64,000 nt of DNA from Monocercomonoides exilis PA203 (taxonomy: Eukaryota; Protista; Preaxostyla), in contig LSRY02000068.1 in the NCBI GenBank assembly GCA_001643675.2, positions 186,001-250,000 on the forward strand, given 5' to 3'. Under the pieces are notes generated by a model that was not told the origin of the DNA, did not search any database, and saw only the letters and a program-made list of their open reading frames with translations. Numbering within the stretch: position 1 is the stretch's first letter; each line of letters opens with the position of its first letter. The translations under genes and the position numbers were made by a program. Positions 36,198 through 46,477 of this stretch are shown here, piece by piece.

Positions 36198-36452
36198 GGG
36201 TAATTATTTTTGAAATCATAACTTTTTTCGGGGTGATAACTTTTCTTGGGTTATATGTCTTTGAGAAGAGATTTTGAATTCAAATGAAAAATTCATAATA
36301 TCTGTTTTAAAAACATATTTTCAAGCTGAAATAAAGAAAAGCGTTTATTGGATTAGAATGTTCTCTTTTCAGGGTTCATTTACGAATATTCAAAAATAAT
36401 TTTCTAACCGAAATTTTTGACAGAAAAAATATGATTTCAAAAATAATAACCC
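36198..36452. mobile_element. ~255-bp MITE-like element (GGG...CCC termini, AAAT target-site duplication)
   Basis: 23-bp terminal inverted repeats with 1 mismatch: GGGTAATTATTTTTGAAATCATA (36198) and TATGATTTCAAAAATAATAACCC (ends 36452). AAAT lies directly on both flanks. Confidence 0.65.
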
Positions 36453-37288
36453 AAATATGATATTGTTTAAGTTAATAATTGTGGATTCTTTTATTTACTG
36501 TGGGCAGTTGAGTTAATTCAACGGTTGTTGATGGATGTATAATGGAAAATTTACCAAATTATTCATTTTTCAAATGCGAACTAATGCGATATTTTTCTTT
36601 TTCGTACAACCTCTTTTCTGAAAGAATAATAATATTTACTTTGTTATTTTTTCTTTTCGGAGAAATAAGATTCTGAAAGTGTCTCTGTTATTTGAAAATA
36701 TTCTTATTAAAAGAACTTTGAGATCAATTGTTCCATTTTTCTTAGTCGCAATTATTTGCAAAAAATTATTGAATTCAAAAATTGAACCTGTTATTTCTCC
36801 AAGTTAATGAATTACAAATATTTCCGGATAGTATCACATCATATTTTGCACAACTTTTTGTGATTATATCCGATTGTGATTTTTTGTGATGTGACTTAAC
36901 AAAGAAAAAAATTAATTTTAATTAATTAAATTTTAAATTTTGTGTCGATTTGTTCATTTTTGGAAATTCTATCCAAATACACTTTTTTCTCTTGCGAAAT
37001 TAATTTTTTTTCACAAATGCACATTATTTAAACTTATTTGAGCACATTTTTGAAAAAGCAAAAAATTGAAAATTTTGATCAAAAAATCGATTTTTCATTG
37101 AAAAAATCACCCATTATGATTAAAAATGTGATTATATATTTTCATCCCTGTGATAATATGCGATAGAAAATGAATGAAAGACAAGCAAAAAATGTCCATG
37201 TATGGAAAAATGTGACTATATACGAATGTGATTATATTCGACGTGATTATATCCGGTTTAGATTGTAATTTTTTTTTTGCAAATATTA

Positions 37289-38014
37289 CACAAAAAATTA
37301 TTCAACATCGAAAAAGTTTAATTCAAGATCGAAAAACTTTAATTCGAAATCGAAAATATTTAATTCAACATCGAAAATTCTTGATCATCAAAAAATTTGA
37401 AAAATTTTTAAAAAATTCATGCTCATGTCAGTTTCTATTCTTTCAGTTATTGATCTCAGAAATTTGTCAATTTCAATTAGAAAAATATTTTTTGATGTTT
37501 TTTTGGTGTTTGATAGTGTGAAATAGTGGAAATAGGATAAAACTGAATTATTATTAAACTCTTCACATATGTTCAGGAGATTTTAAGGAATGAAAGAAAT
37601 AAATAAGAGTGACAGGATAGTTCATGATCTTGTTTTTTGAACAAAAAAACAGAAATTTATCTCATTTATTGAAAACGAAATGTTTTGAATTTCATTTATT
37701 GCATTGGAAACTGATAATATAAAACATTTTCAATCTTTAAAATGAGAAAAGAATCGATTGATATCAGTCGTTATCATTGAAAACAGTAGTCAAAAACGAA
37801 AGAAAAACATTTTCAATAAATAAATATTTGTAATTATCAACATTTGTGTTAATGAAAATATTTTGGTTTTGACTTGAATTGAAATTCTGAACAAATTATC
37901 TTCTTTTTCGATTTTGAATAAAACATTTTCGATGTTCAATGAAATATTTACGATGTTGGATTAATGTCTTTCGATGTTGTTTTAAACTTTTTCGATGTTG
38001 AATAATTTTTGGTG
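37289..38014. mobile_element. ~726-bp non-autonomous TIR element (CAC...GTG termini, TA duplication, 21-bp subterminal repeats)
   Basis: 32-bp TIRs with 1 mismatch: CACAAAAAATTATTCAACATCGAAAAAGTTTA and TAAACTTTTTCGATGTTGAATAATTTTTGGTG, each flanked by TA. About four ~21-bp ..CAACATCGAAAA.. units occur at each end in mirror orientation. Confidence 0.75.
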
Positions 38015-38769
38015 TATATGATAATAATTTCTCAATAAATTATACTTAAAAAATAATTCTGAATGAGAATATTTCCACTCAAATTAACAATTTTTGCATT
38101 CAAAATTGGAATTTCTCAATCAAAATGGATTATATTATGAACAAAACCTTCTGGAATTTCCCGGGAACAATTTTTTTTTCCCTTTTGCATCTGTATAGAT
38201 TCAATATTATCATTTGCATCTTGTGTGTGCAGACAAAATTTAAAAATCTTCATTCATTCTTATAAATTTCCATTTCTAAGATAATTGTTTTATTTTTAAC
38301 GAAAACAAGAGATGTTTTCATTTCGAACGAAAAAGTTATCTATTTGATCACAAGTTTGGAATTTTGAATGAAAAAATTGTGATATGGGTGATTTTTTTTG
38401 AAATCATAAAAAAAGATCAAAAATCGAAAAAATAAATTTTATTGTGGTAATTTTTGATCAAAGAGAAAAATAGATTTTTTTTGCAGGTATTAAGCTTTTA
38501 TTTCTGTAATATATATTTGTTGTATTCATTAATATGAAAAAAACCATACATTTCGATTTTTTGTGAAATTGAATATTTTGATCAAGTTTTCAAAAAAAAA
38601 AAAATGAAAAATCTATTTTAAAATGGTTAACAGGAATTTCAAAACTGGAAAAACAAAATATTGCAAAGAAAACATTAAAAAGAAGAACAAAAAAGAAAAA
38701 AAAAAAACAAAATTATTGAAACCAATTTATTATTAATTGTTATTTTTCTTTTTTTTCTTCGTCTTTGCA

Positions 38770-39107
38770 CAGCCAACAAATCTCCATTCCTTTAATTTGA
38801 TTTGTCAAATCCGTCAAACGTATACAGATATAGTGGATTATTTGATAAAGTCGAGTTCAACAGCTGGCTCCTCCTCATCGCTTTGAACAAAATCGTTGCC
38901 AGCAACGGAACCAATACAGATGCCTGTGGCAGACCCCTACAGACCCCATGTGCCACCATCGAGTATGCCCTCAACGGCTTCGTTTCCCTCCTCCCAGACG
39001 CCTCTCTCACCCTCCTCAGCTCAACATTTACTCCTTATCATACACTCACCTTCAGCGAGGTTGATACAAAAATCACTGGAAATGATGAACTTTTTCATTT
39101 CCAGTGA
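38770..39107 (+). pseudogene. Isolated fragment of a large putative surface/adhesin-like repeat protein
   Basis: Reads 'ASNGTNTDACGRPLQTPCATIEYALNGFVSLLPDASLTLLSSTF', a C-G-x4/5-P-C-x-T-I motif of the kind found in large oxymonad surface-protein families. There is no ATG, the island is GC-richer than its surroundings, and the frame ends after ~100 codons. Confidence 0.6.
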
Positions 39108-39199
39108 TTTCTTTATTATTCCTTCTATTTATTAATTTTGAATATTTTCCATTTAATATAAAAACCATTAATCTTTCATCTTCTTTTCAATACGAGAAC

Positions 39200-42115
39200 A
39201 TATCTTCACTTTTCTTTCGAGAAGTCTAACATTGGATCACATAAAACATATTTCTTTGAAAATTCCTCATTTATTTTCTCTTCTTCATCAAATGCAAATT
39301 CTGCTGTTGCTTAAAGGAATCATCTATTTCATCTCTTCGACAAGGATTTCTTCAATTATATCAGCAAGATCTTCAAAAATTTCCATTCGTTTGTTAATCC
39401 AATTTCACCTTTTTTGCCCGCTGCAGACGCACTTATTTCATAGAATTATCCTTCGATTATTTGTATTTTTACAAATTTCTATTCCTCTCCTCATTTCATC
39501 TTCGACGGATCGCTGAAGGCGCATAACATTATGCAATCTCTCGAAGATCATCCACATATTCAATCCTTCCAAATAACGTCTTCTGACTTGCTCCATCTGT
39601 TTTCGGAACAATCTTCAAGCCAAAAAAAAAAAAATCAGATCCAATCTTCACGAATTGTGCACCGAATGATAGGCCATTCTTGGTTTAATATTGAACCATT
39701 TCTGCTGTCTCATAATTTATACAGACATTCTATGATATAATAAATATACGTTTTGTGCTTCTGAATGGGAATGAAAGATGAAGCCTGATTCCAAATTCGA
39801 AGGGAGTTGAATGAAAGAGAAGGAGCAGGAGATAGAGCAGGAAGACAGAGTTGAGAAAGTGAGCCAGAAGCAGTAGGATTAGCAGAAGATGGATGAACAG
39901 CTTAAGACAAGAGGTAAGGAAACAAAGATGTTCTGAAAGAAGGAGAAGATTGCTGCTGGGTGTTTTTAAACATGAACAAATTGACAAGCGAAGAAGTGCA
40001 ATGAGAAAGAGGATGAAGAGAAATATTTTCATTTGCAGTTAGATCAGCAGCTGAATCAAAAGGCGCAACCTAATTAAGGGCAGGGCATTTCAACATCAAA
40101 TCCATCTCCATTGAATTCTGTAAAGCGGAGAAAGATACCAATTTTGAGAACGATAGCTCATCTCTTCTCCCAGGCACGCTGTTCTAACTGAATGTTCTTA
40201 TCCCTTTCTCCTTCTGAAACAGCAGCGGTGATCCTTTCCCTGCTCATTTCCTTCCCTTTCTGTGTGTCACATCTGCTTCCTCTTCGCAGTTCCGCACGGC
40301 TTTGCTTTAGAACACTCTTCAGCGCACTCATCAAATCCAACCGCGTTCTTGTTTGCCTCGCGTCGACTGCCGCATACACAGGCACTTCCTGTAACTTCCA
40401 CACAAATTGCCCATTTTCCTCGCTTTTGATTCGCACATAACGGCAGGGCACATCCAGTTCATCGCTCAAATCTTCCAGGTCAGAATTCGCTAAATCATTC
40501 AGCATGCTGTCCTATTTCCGCTCTCTTGTCAAAATTGGCGTTTGGCTTTCTTTCGCCTCTTGCTGCGCCTCGCTGGCCATTTTGTTCTCTTTCTGGTTGG
40601 TCGGAGTGCCTGTCTCAAGATGTGGTTATAATATTCCTTGGATGCTGCTAAACAGCTTTTTGTCTTTTTCCTCAATCTTCTTCGCCATTTTCTCCATTTT
40701 TCTGCGCTCCCGCTTTTCTTTCTCCTTCTTCTTCTTCTGTATCTCCTGTTGTTTCATCAGCCAAAGCAGTTTTTCTCTCTGATCATCAGATTCCAATGAG
40801 CCAAACGTGATTTTCGCCTCTTCATCGTCCCCTTTCCCTTTCTCATTCTGAAACTCATCTGTCATTGCCTTTGTAACTTCTTTATTCAAATCCTTCATTC
40901 CCATTCTCACCCAACGTCACCCCTCCTCCTCATCCTCCTCCCACTCCACCTCCTCCAACAACAGGCGATAGCTGTATTGTTGATGCACCAACAGCTCCTC
41001 TCCCCATCTCCATCTCCTGGCTGTACACAATCAACGCTCTCCCTTTGACTCCTCTCCATCCACCGTCCATTCGCTTCCCTCTCGTACAGTGTATCGTTCC
41101 AAAGGCGCCTCTTCCTGAAGAGTATTGTTTAGGTTGTGGAGAAGGTGATGTTGTTGTGTTCTGTTACTGCAATTTTTGCTGGACTTGTGATGAAAGAGGC
41201 TCTGGTTTTGGCTCATTGGAATGGATTTCGTCTTTTCTGCCGTTTTTCATTGATTCTATTGTGTTTGTATTCTTTTCTGCTTCCGTTTGATTATCTTTGC
41301 TTTTCAAACAACTGCTTTGGGGTTGTTCATTGAATCCTCCAAAAATCACTTCTTGATCCTCTTCTTTTCAGTCATCTTCATCGCCTTCAACTTTTTCCTA
41401 TTCTCCAGATTCTCTGCATACCGCTCCACCATCCGAAACTCTGCAAACAGCGGCAGTGCCTCAAATACATCGGGAGGGAGAACAAAATATTGTATTTTCC
41501 TTCTTCTTCCGAACTGCTGCCTCATCCTCCTCATCTGCTGCTCTTCGCTTGTCAGAAATCTGTTTCTAGAAGAGCGAAGCAACGAGGAAGAAGAGGAGGA
41601 AGAAGAAGAGGAGGAAGCGCCAGAAGTAGCAGCCACTTGCGCACAGCAGTTGAGATAGCATCGGAGGAGGAGAGGGTGCATTGCCCTTATGCGGAGGTCA
41701 TTTTAATCTCAGAGCGATGAGGTGATTTGGGGTGGAGAGAGAGGTCAGTTACCGCTGGAGATGACTGAGGAAGAAAAAGAAAAGATTCATTGGGCAATGA
41801 AGAAGGAGATGCGCCTGTTCCTGTGCCAATGCCAGCAATTGAATGAGTCAAAGATGTTTGTGAAGTATTTTGATTATTTTTTCTCTGTCTTTGTCTTCGA
41901 GGCACATAAGATGGATTCTGAAGAGTTGCTTCTTGTGGCGGAAGGATCACAGGAAGAGGCATACGCGGTGCATGCTTTCTTTTGAAGCCTTCGATGATTT
42001 TGTCCATTTCTGCTTTTTCAGCTCTTTCTTGTGATGAATTCACTTCTGACTGTTCAGAAGAAGAGGAAGATGAAGATGAATCGTTTTCTATGTTTTCTTC
42101 ATCCATGAATTTGAC
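39200..42115 (-). pseudogene. Degraded coding sequence broken by stops/frameshifts and abutting the telomeric tract
   Basis: A chain of short same-strand ORFs (41687-42106, 41346-41681, 41164-41349, 40626-40910, 40158-40505) has the E/K/S-rich composition of host genes. They are separated by stops and frameshifts rather than by AT-rich introns. Confidence 0.6.
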
Positions 42116-42199
42116 TAGGTTAGGGTTAGGGTTAAGGGTTAGGGTTAGGTTAGGGTTAGGGTTAGGGTTAGGGTTAGGGTTAGGTTAGGTTAGGGTTAG
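42116..42199 (+). repeat. Interstitial telomeric tract (TTAGGG)n, ~14 units with TTAGG and TTAAGGG variants
   Basis: Seen directly. The G-rich strand is on +, so the implied chromosome end lies to the right. Confidence 0.95.
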
Positions 42200-42888
42200 A
42201 TCGGCCATGTGACAAAATGTTGATCTCCCATTAGTCTATCTTAACTTTCTTCAAAAACATTTCGTGATTTGAACCCATTTGACTACATTTTAATATCCCA
42301 AAGTGTTATTATTTAAGAAATTGTTGCTTTAATCCATGAATGTTGTTCAACATAGCTTGAATATTAACCCATGTGGTTGTCAATTATATGAATGTGTTCA
42401 CATGAATGTGCTCAATCATATTTATTTTCTTCGATCTTAATTAACTTTCATGATATCTTTCGAATTTTTGTTTGAAGAGTCAACCTATTTATTTTCATTT
42501 ATCCAAAAGAATGAAATTTAAATGAAAAGGAAAAGTGATCAATCACTTTGGTATCAGTTTGTAAATGTTTCAAATCTTTCAAACTTAATTTCTTTATCGC
42601 AAATGAATTTCAAATTGAATATTCAATATATTAAAATTATCAGGAAAAGATAATAAAACAATGATATGATTTATAATAATTATTGAAATCATATATGTGA
42701 ATCATGAAAATCAAATCAACCCAATGAAATTACAATTATCACGAAACATAGATAAATTTATTTATCTGAAATTATTGAAATTACCGATTATGACAGGAAA
42801 TTTTTTCAAAAAAATTTGAAGAATTAGCCAAAAAAAAAGAAAATTGACAAAGAAAAGTGGCCTTTAAAAGTGCATTTTTCACAAAAAT

Positions 42889-43017
42889 CTCCCATTATGG
42901 GAGGCTCTGGCGCGCTGTCCTCCCACCCACCCCAGCGCGCACCTGTAATCGAAGCCTCCTCCCCATTGGGCTTCGTTTACAGTCAAAATGAATTCAACTT
43001 CGTCGAATTCATTTTGA
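42889..43017. other. Cluster of four adjacent hairpins/inverted repeats, including a 13-9-13 site
   Basis: CTCCCAT-T-ATGGGAG (42889-42903); GCGCGCTG-15nt-CAGCGCGC (42910-42940); CTGTAATCGAAGCC-12nt-GGCTTCGTTTACAG (42943-42982, 1 mismatch); TCAAAATGAATTC-AACTTCGTC-GAATTCATTTTGA (42983-43017). Confidence 0.85.
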
Positions 43018-43323
43018 TAAAGTGCGCGCGTTATCACAACTGACGGTGTCATCTAACTTACACAGTTGCGCAATTTTAAGAATGTGCGAAAATAAAGAAA
43101 AGTGCATTTTACATTTAATTTGGATTATTTATATTTCAAATAAAACCTTGTGAACTCGCTAAATGCGAAAATAAAAGCGCAAATATCAAATTGGATTAAA
43201 CAATAAAAGTCAATGAAGAATTAATCTAACTTGAAAAACTGCGATCGTCAAAATGAAAATTAATAAATAAAAAGGTAAATTGAGTGATTATCGCACAGCA
43301 TTGCATGTGCGAACCTTCTGTAA

Positions 43324-46047
43324 TTACTTTTCATCCTTCTCTTTATCCTCACTCTCAGTTTGTTTTTCATCCTTCAGAACTTCTTCTTTGACATGCTCAA
43401 TCAATGTCTTCCTCGTTCTCATCTTCAGCCCTGCCATAGTTGTCCATCCTTCAACCAAACCCAAGTTTATCAATCTGTCTCTGCAGTCTGTCGGTAATCT
43501 AATCCTAAGCTCCTCCGCCATCTCCGAGTAACTCTTTCCTTCCTTCCGCATCCTTTTCAATGTCTCATCTTCTTCCTCGCTCCATCTCAATCTCTTTCTC
43601 CTTCCATTTTCATCTCTCTCCCTCTGCAGTGCTGCGTCATAATTATACACCTTTTTTCTCTTTATTTGCTTCATTTCCTTTTTCCCTTCCATCTCCTCTT
43701 TGTCCACTAACTCAATCAACTCCTCCGCTATCTTATTTTCGTCTTCTCCCTCTTCAATCCTTTGCGCAATCTTTCTCAATCCAACTTCCATTCTGCCATT
43801 CAAAATTGTTGAATGTCGACATCTCGATTTTTTGAAGTTTTTATGTTTTGAATATATTTCATATGCGTTTCTCTCCATCATTGCGTCATTCTTGACATAG
43901 CTGCAAATAGCTGACCTCCATGCACGTTGTTTGTAATAATATCGTTTCTTCTTTGTCGTTTTTTCATTTGATCCTGTTATGCCATTTACAGCAATCCTGC
44001 TTTTGAAATATATCCGAACCTTCCGCACTGCAAAACGATCGCTAACGTTATGATTGCAATTTTTATCTAACTTGATGTTGTGGAAAACTTCAATATCCAA
44101 CAATGCTTTTTCTATCACTTCTTTTCCATCAACGTCTGGATTCCCAATTCTGCTTGAAACGATTGTGGCAGATATTGCATTCTTTGCATATCTTTGCTGC
44201 ACAGCAGAATTGGGAACCCATCCCGCAATTGCAGCTGTGAATGTGAAAGTTGAGTCGCGCGAATGTGCATCCAAACCTGTTGCTAAAAGAGCCGAACACA
44301 TGAATCCACTTCTAAAAGAATGGAACGAAAAAAGGTTAATTGGATATCCCGCTGCTCTTGCTCGTAGCCTCAACCGCATTGACATGGAATCTCTTCTCCA
44401 ATTCCATATTTTTTGTTCCTTTTGCGTTTCTGTGAGAACCCAACAATCTCGATTATGAAGATCCAATTTAAAGCTTTTCTTCAAATGCTCGTTCAACCAA
44501 TATAACACATTCGTATTTGTCCTCTCTTCAAGATTGCCTTCCAATGTGACATCATGGTTCCACCTGATATTCCCTTTGGTTACTCGAAACTTCATTTTGA
44601 GAACTTTTGTGTCTTTCCCCACTGCATCAAGAATAACACCTATGTCTGATAACAGCACGTTGCACATTGTGACAGCTCTCGCACCCGTGGAAACTGCTGT
44701 CAACCACAGTGAAGCCTCCATAGCTTTGTCTGGATGCAAGTCACTTGTATTTTCAACGATTCTTTCCACGTCCTTCAAAAGGCATGGTTCTTTTCCACAT
44801 CCGTTCGGCTTAACACCTTTATCCACTCGCCCTTCCTTTATAACGAGTGAAATTGCATCTCTGACTTCTTCTGTTAACCTCTGTCCAGTAATTTCCGTAT
44901 TTATACGTTTTAAGCTACAAGCAAAGACATTTTCCACTGTATCTCTGGTGTAAATGCGACTTCTGTAACAAAATCGGAGAAAGGATGTGATGTTCTTCTC
45001 ATCCAATGGAAATCCATTCATATCTTTCATTTCACAAAATGCATCATAAACCTTTTGAACCCATGCATGTTTTTTAAGTGTTGACTCGCTATACACTGCT
45101 CCTGGCTCTTCAAAAGAATTCAATTCATCTTCAGACATCGATCTTATTTTTTTTATTGTATCAAATTCATTGACAGAACGATTAGAAATTGGTGTGCTAA
45201 CAGGACAAATGCACTTCTCATAACCTTCAGATATTGCTTGTTCCGACAGTTCATTCGTTTTTGAAACACTTTCGTTTTCCTTTGAATTGCAACCTTCCTG
45301 ATGCTGTTCTTCCCAAGAGTCTTTTTGAGAACTTGAAGGTTTCTCTTGATCTTTTCCTTTAACTTCCAATTTATCATCTATTCTGATTGATTCTGTGATA
45401 ACTTCATGCATTGATGATCTTTCTTTTCCTTCATTCAGATCAAACTGCTTGTTTTCCACATTCTGCTTCAACAATGCTGATATCAATGAACCTTCAGAAC
45501 TCACCTTTATCTGCTCTGTCTTTCCTTTTAATTTCGCAGTCTTTATTGAACTAGACTTCTTCTGTTTCTTCTTTCCAATTTGTCTGCACTTTTCCATCGA
45601 ACCCGAAGAACTGCTTTCAGTGAAATCGGTTGTGTCATCTTTCTTAACAATCTTGCGACAACCTGAATGATTTTTAATTTTTATCTTTCGCATCTTTCTC
45701 AGGTCAAAGGCATATTCCGATTCAGATGATGAAGAAGAACTCAATGTTTCCATGCTACACGAATCGCCTTCAATGTCTGAATCTTCAGATAAATCTATCA
45801 CGAACACCTCTTTCTTCTTCTTGCTTTCCATTGGCTTCTGCATTTCTTCTTTGACTTTGCTCTCTGATTCAAACTGTGAGATCTTCTTCATCAAAGGAGT
45901 TCTGAACTTTGGCTTGGATGAGATCAAAACAGTTTTCGATATGGAACCATCTTCACTGTCGCTCATAACGCTTCTGGACATCGATTTATTAAACTGCGCT
46001 GTGCACTTTGGATGTGGGACAAATTTAACATAATTTCTTGACAACAT
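43324..46047 (-). CDS. Tyrosine recombinase (phage integrase fold) fused to a C-terminal Myb/SANT DNA-binding domain
   Basis: Catalytic residues occur in canonical order: R in STGAR (44677-79), K in RVTKG (44575-77), H-x-x-R in FSFHSFRSG (44311-22), W in AGW (44218-20) and Y in QQRY (44188-90). A core-binding-like helical region (NITSFLRFC) precedes them. The Myb repeat reads KRLRWSEEEDETLKRMRKEGKSYSEMAEELRIRLPTDCRDRLINL (~43460-43600). The first ATG is at 46047. A short upstream exon (ATG 46289, intron 46091-46236) would also be in frame. Confidence 0.9.
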   Translation of the reverse strand: MLSRNYVKFVPHPKCTAQFNKSMSRSVMSDSEDGSISKTVLISSKPKFRTPLMKKISQFESESKVKEEMQKPMESKKKKEVFVIDLSEDSDIEGDSCSMETLSSSSSSESEYAFDLRKMRKIKIKNHSGCRKIVKKDDTTDFTESSSSGSMEKCRQIGKKKQKKSSSIKTAKLKGKTEQIKVSSEGSLISALLKQNVENKQFDLNEGKERSSMHEVITESIRIDDKLEVKGKDQEKPSSSQKDSWEEQHQEGCNSKENESVSKTNELSEQAISEGYEKCICPVSTPISNRSVNEFDTIKKIRSMSEDELNSFEEPGAVYSESTLKKHAWVQKVYDAFCEMKDMNGFPLDEKNITSFLRFCYRSRIYTRDTVENVFACSLKRINTEITGQRLTEEVRDAISLVIKEGRVDKGVKPNGCGKEPCLLKDVERIVENTSDLHPDKAMEASLWLTAVSTGARAVTMCNVLLSDIGVILDAVGKDTKVLKMKFRVTKGNIRWNHDVTLEGNLEERTNTNVLYWLNEHLKKSFKLDLHNRDCWVLTETQKEQKIWNWRRDSMSMRLRLRARAAGYPINLFSFHSFRSGFMCSALLATGLDAHSRDSTFTFTAAIAGWVPNSAVQQRYAKNAISATIVSSRIGNPDVDGKEVIEKALLDIEVFHNIKLDKNCNHNVSDRFAVRKVRIYFKSRIAVNGITGSNEKTTKKKRYYYKQRAWRSAICSYVKNDAMMERNAYEIYSKHKNFKKSRCRHSTILNGRMEVGLRKIAQRIEEGEDENKIAEELIELVDKEEMEGKKEMKQIKRKKVYNYDAALQRERDENGRRKRLRWSEEEDETLKRMRKEGKSYSEMAEELRIRLPTDCRDRLINLGLVEGWTTMAGLKMRTRKTLIEHVKEEVLKDEKQTESEDKEKDEK

Positions 46048-46477
46048 TTCTATATGTTCACAATTTCGTAACACCAAAAAAATGGCAACCCTTTTTAGTT
46101 ATATTTTTCATTTCAATTTAAGGGAAAATTGATATTTTCATAAATTAAATTGTGGTATCTATGAATAAATTAAACTAATATCGAAAAAAATTAATTAATA
46201 AAATACAATAATTAATTATCGATAAATATTAACTACAAATATTGTTCATTACATTCTTTGATTAATAATTCATTATTATTTGAGTTCATTATTGAAATAT
46301 TCGAAAAAATAAAGAAATAAAAATTATAAAAATACACAATTGCAATAAATATGAAATAATAATGATAATTGATAAAAATAAAAACATTAAATAAGTATTG
46401 AAAGTTTTGCGAGCCTGAACTCGAGTACAAAGTCGAGCGAAAAACATGCGAAGCATCGTTTTTGGCGAGACTTCGAA

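Noticed and set aside
41982-42188. ORF ending in LGLGLG
   Set aside because: It is a read-through into TTAGGG repeats.
43324-46077. DIRS/Ngaro retrotransposon or protelomerase assignment; TTG start at 46077
   Set aside because: No gag/RT/RNaseH ORF is nearby. The HxxR motif is integrase-type and ordinary TTAGGG repeats are present. A TTG start is unlikely in a eukaryote.
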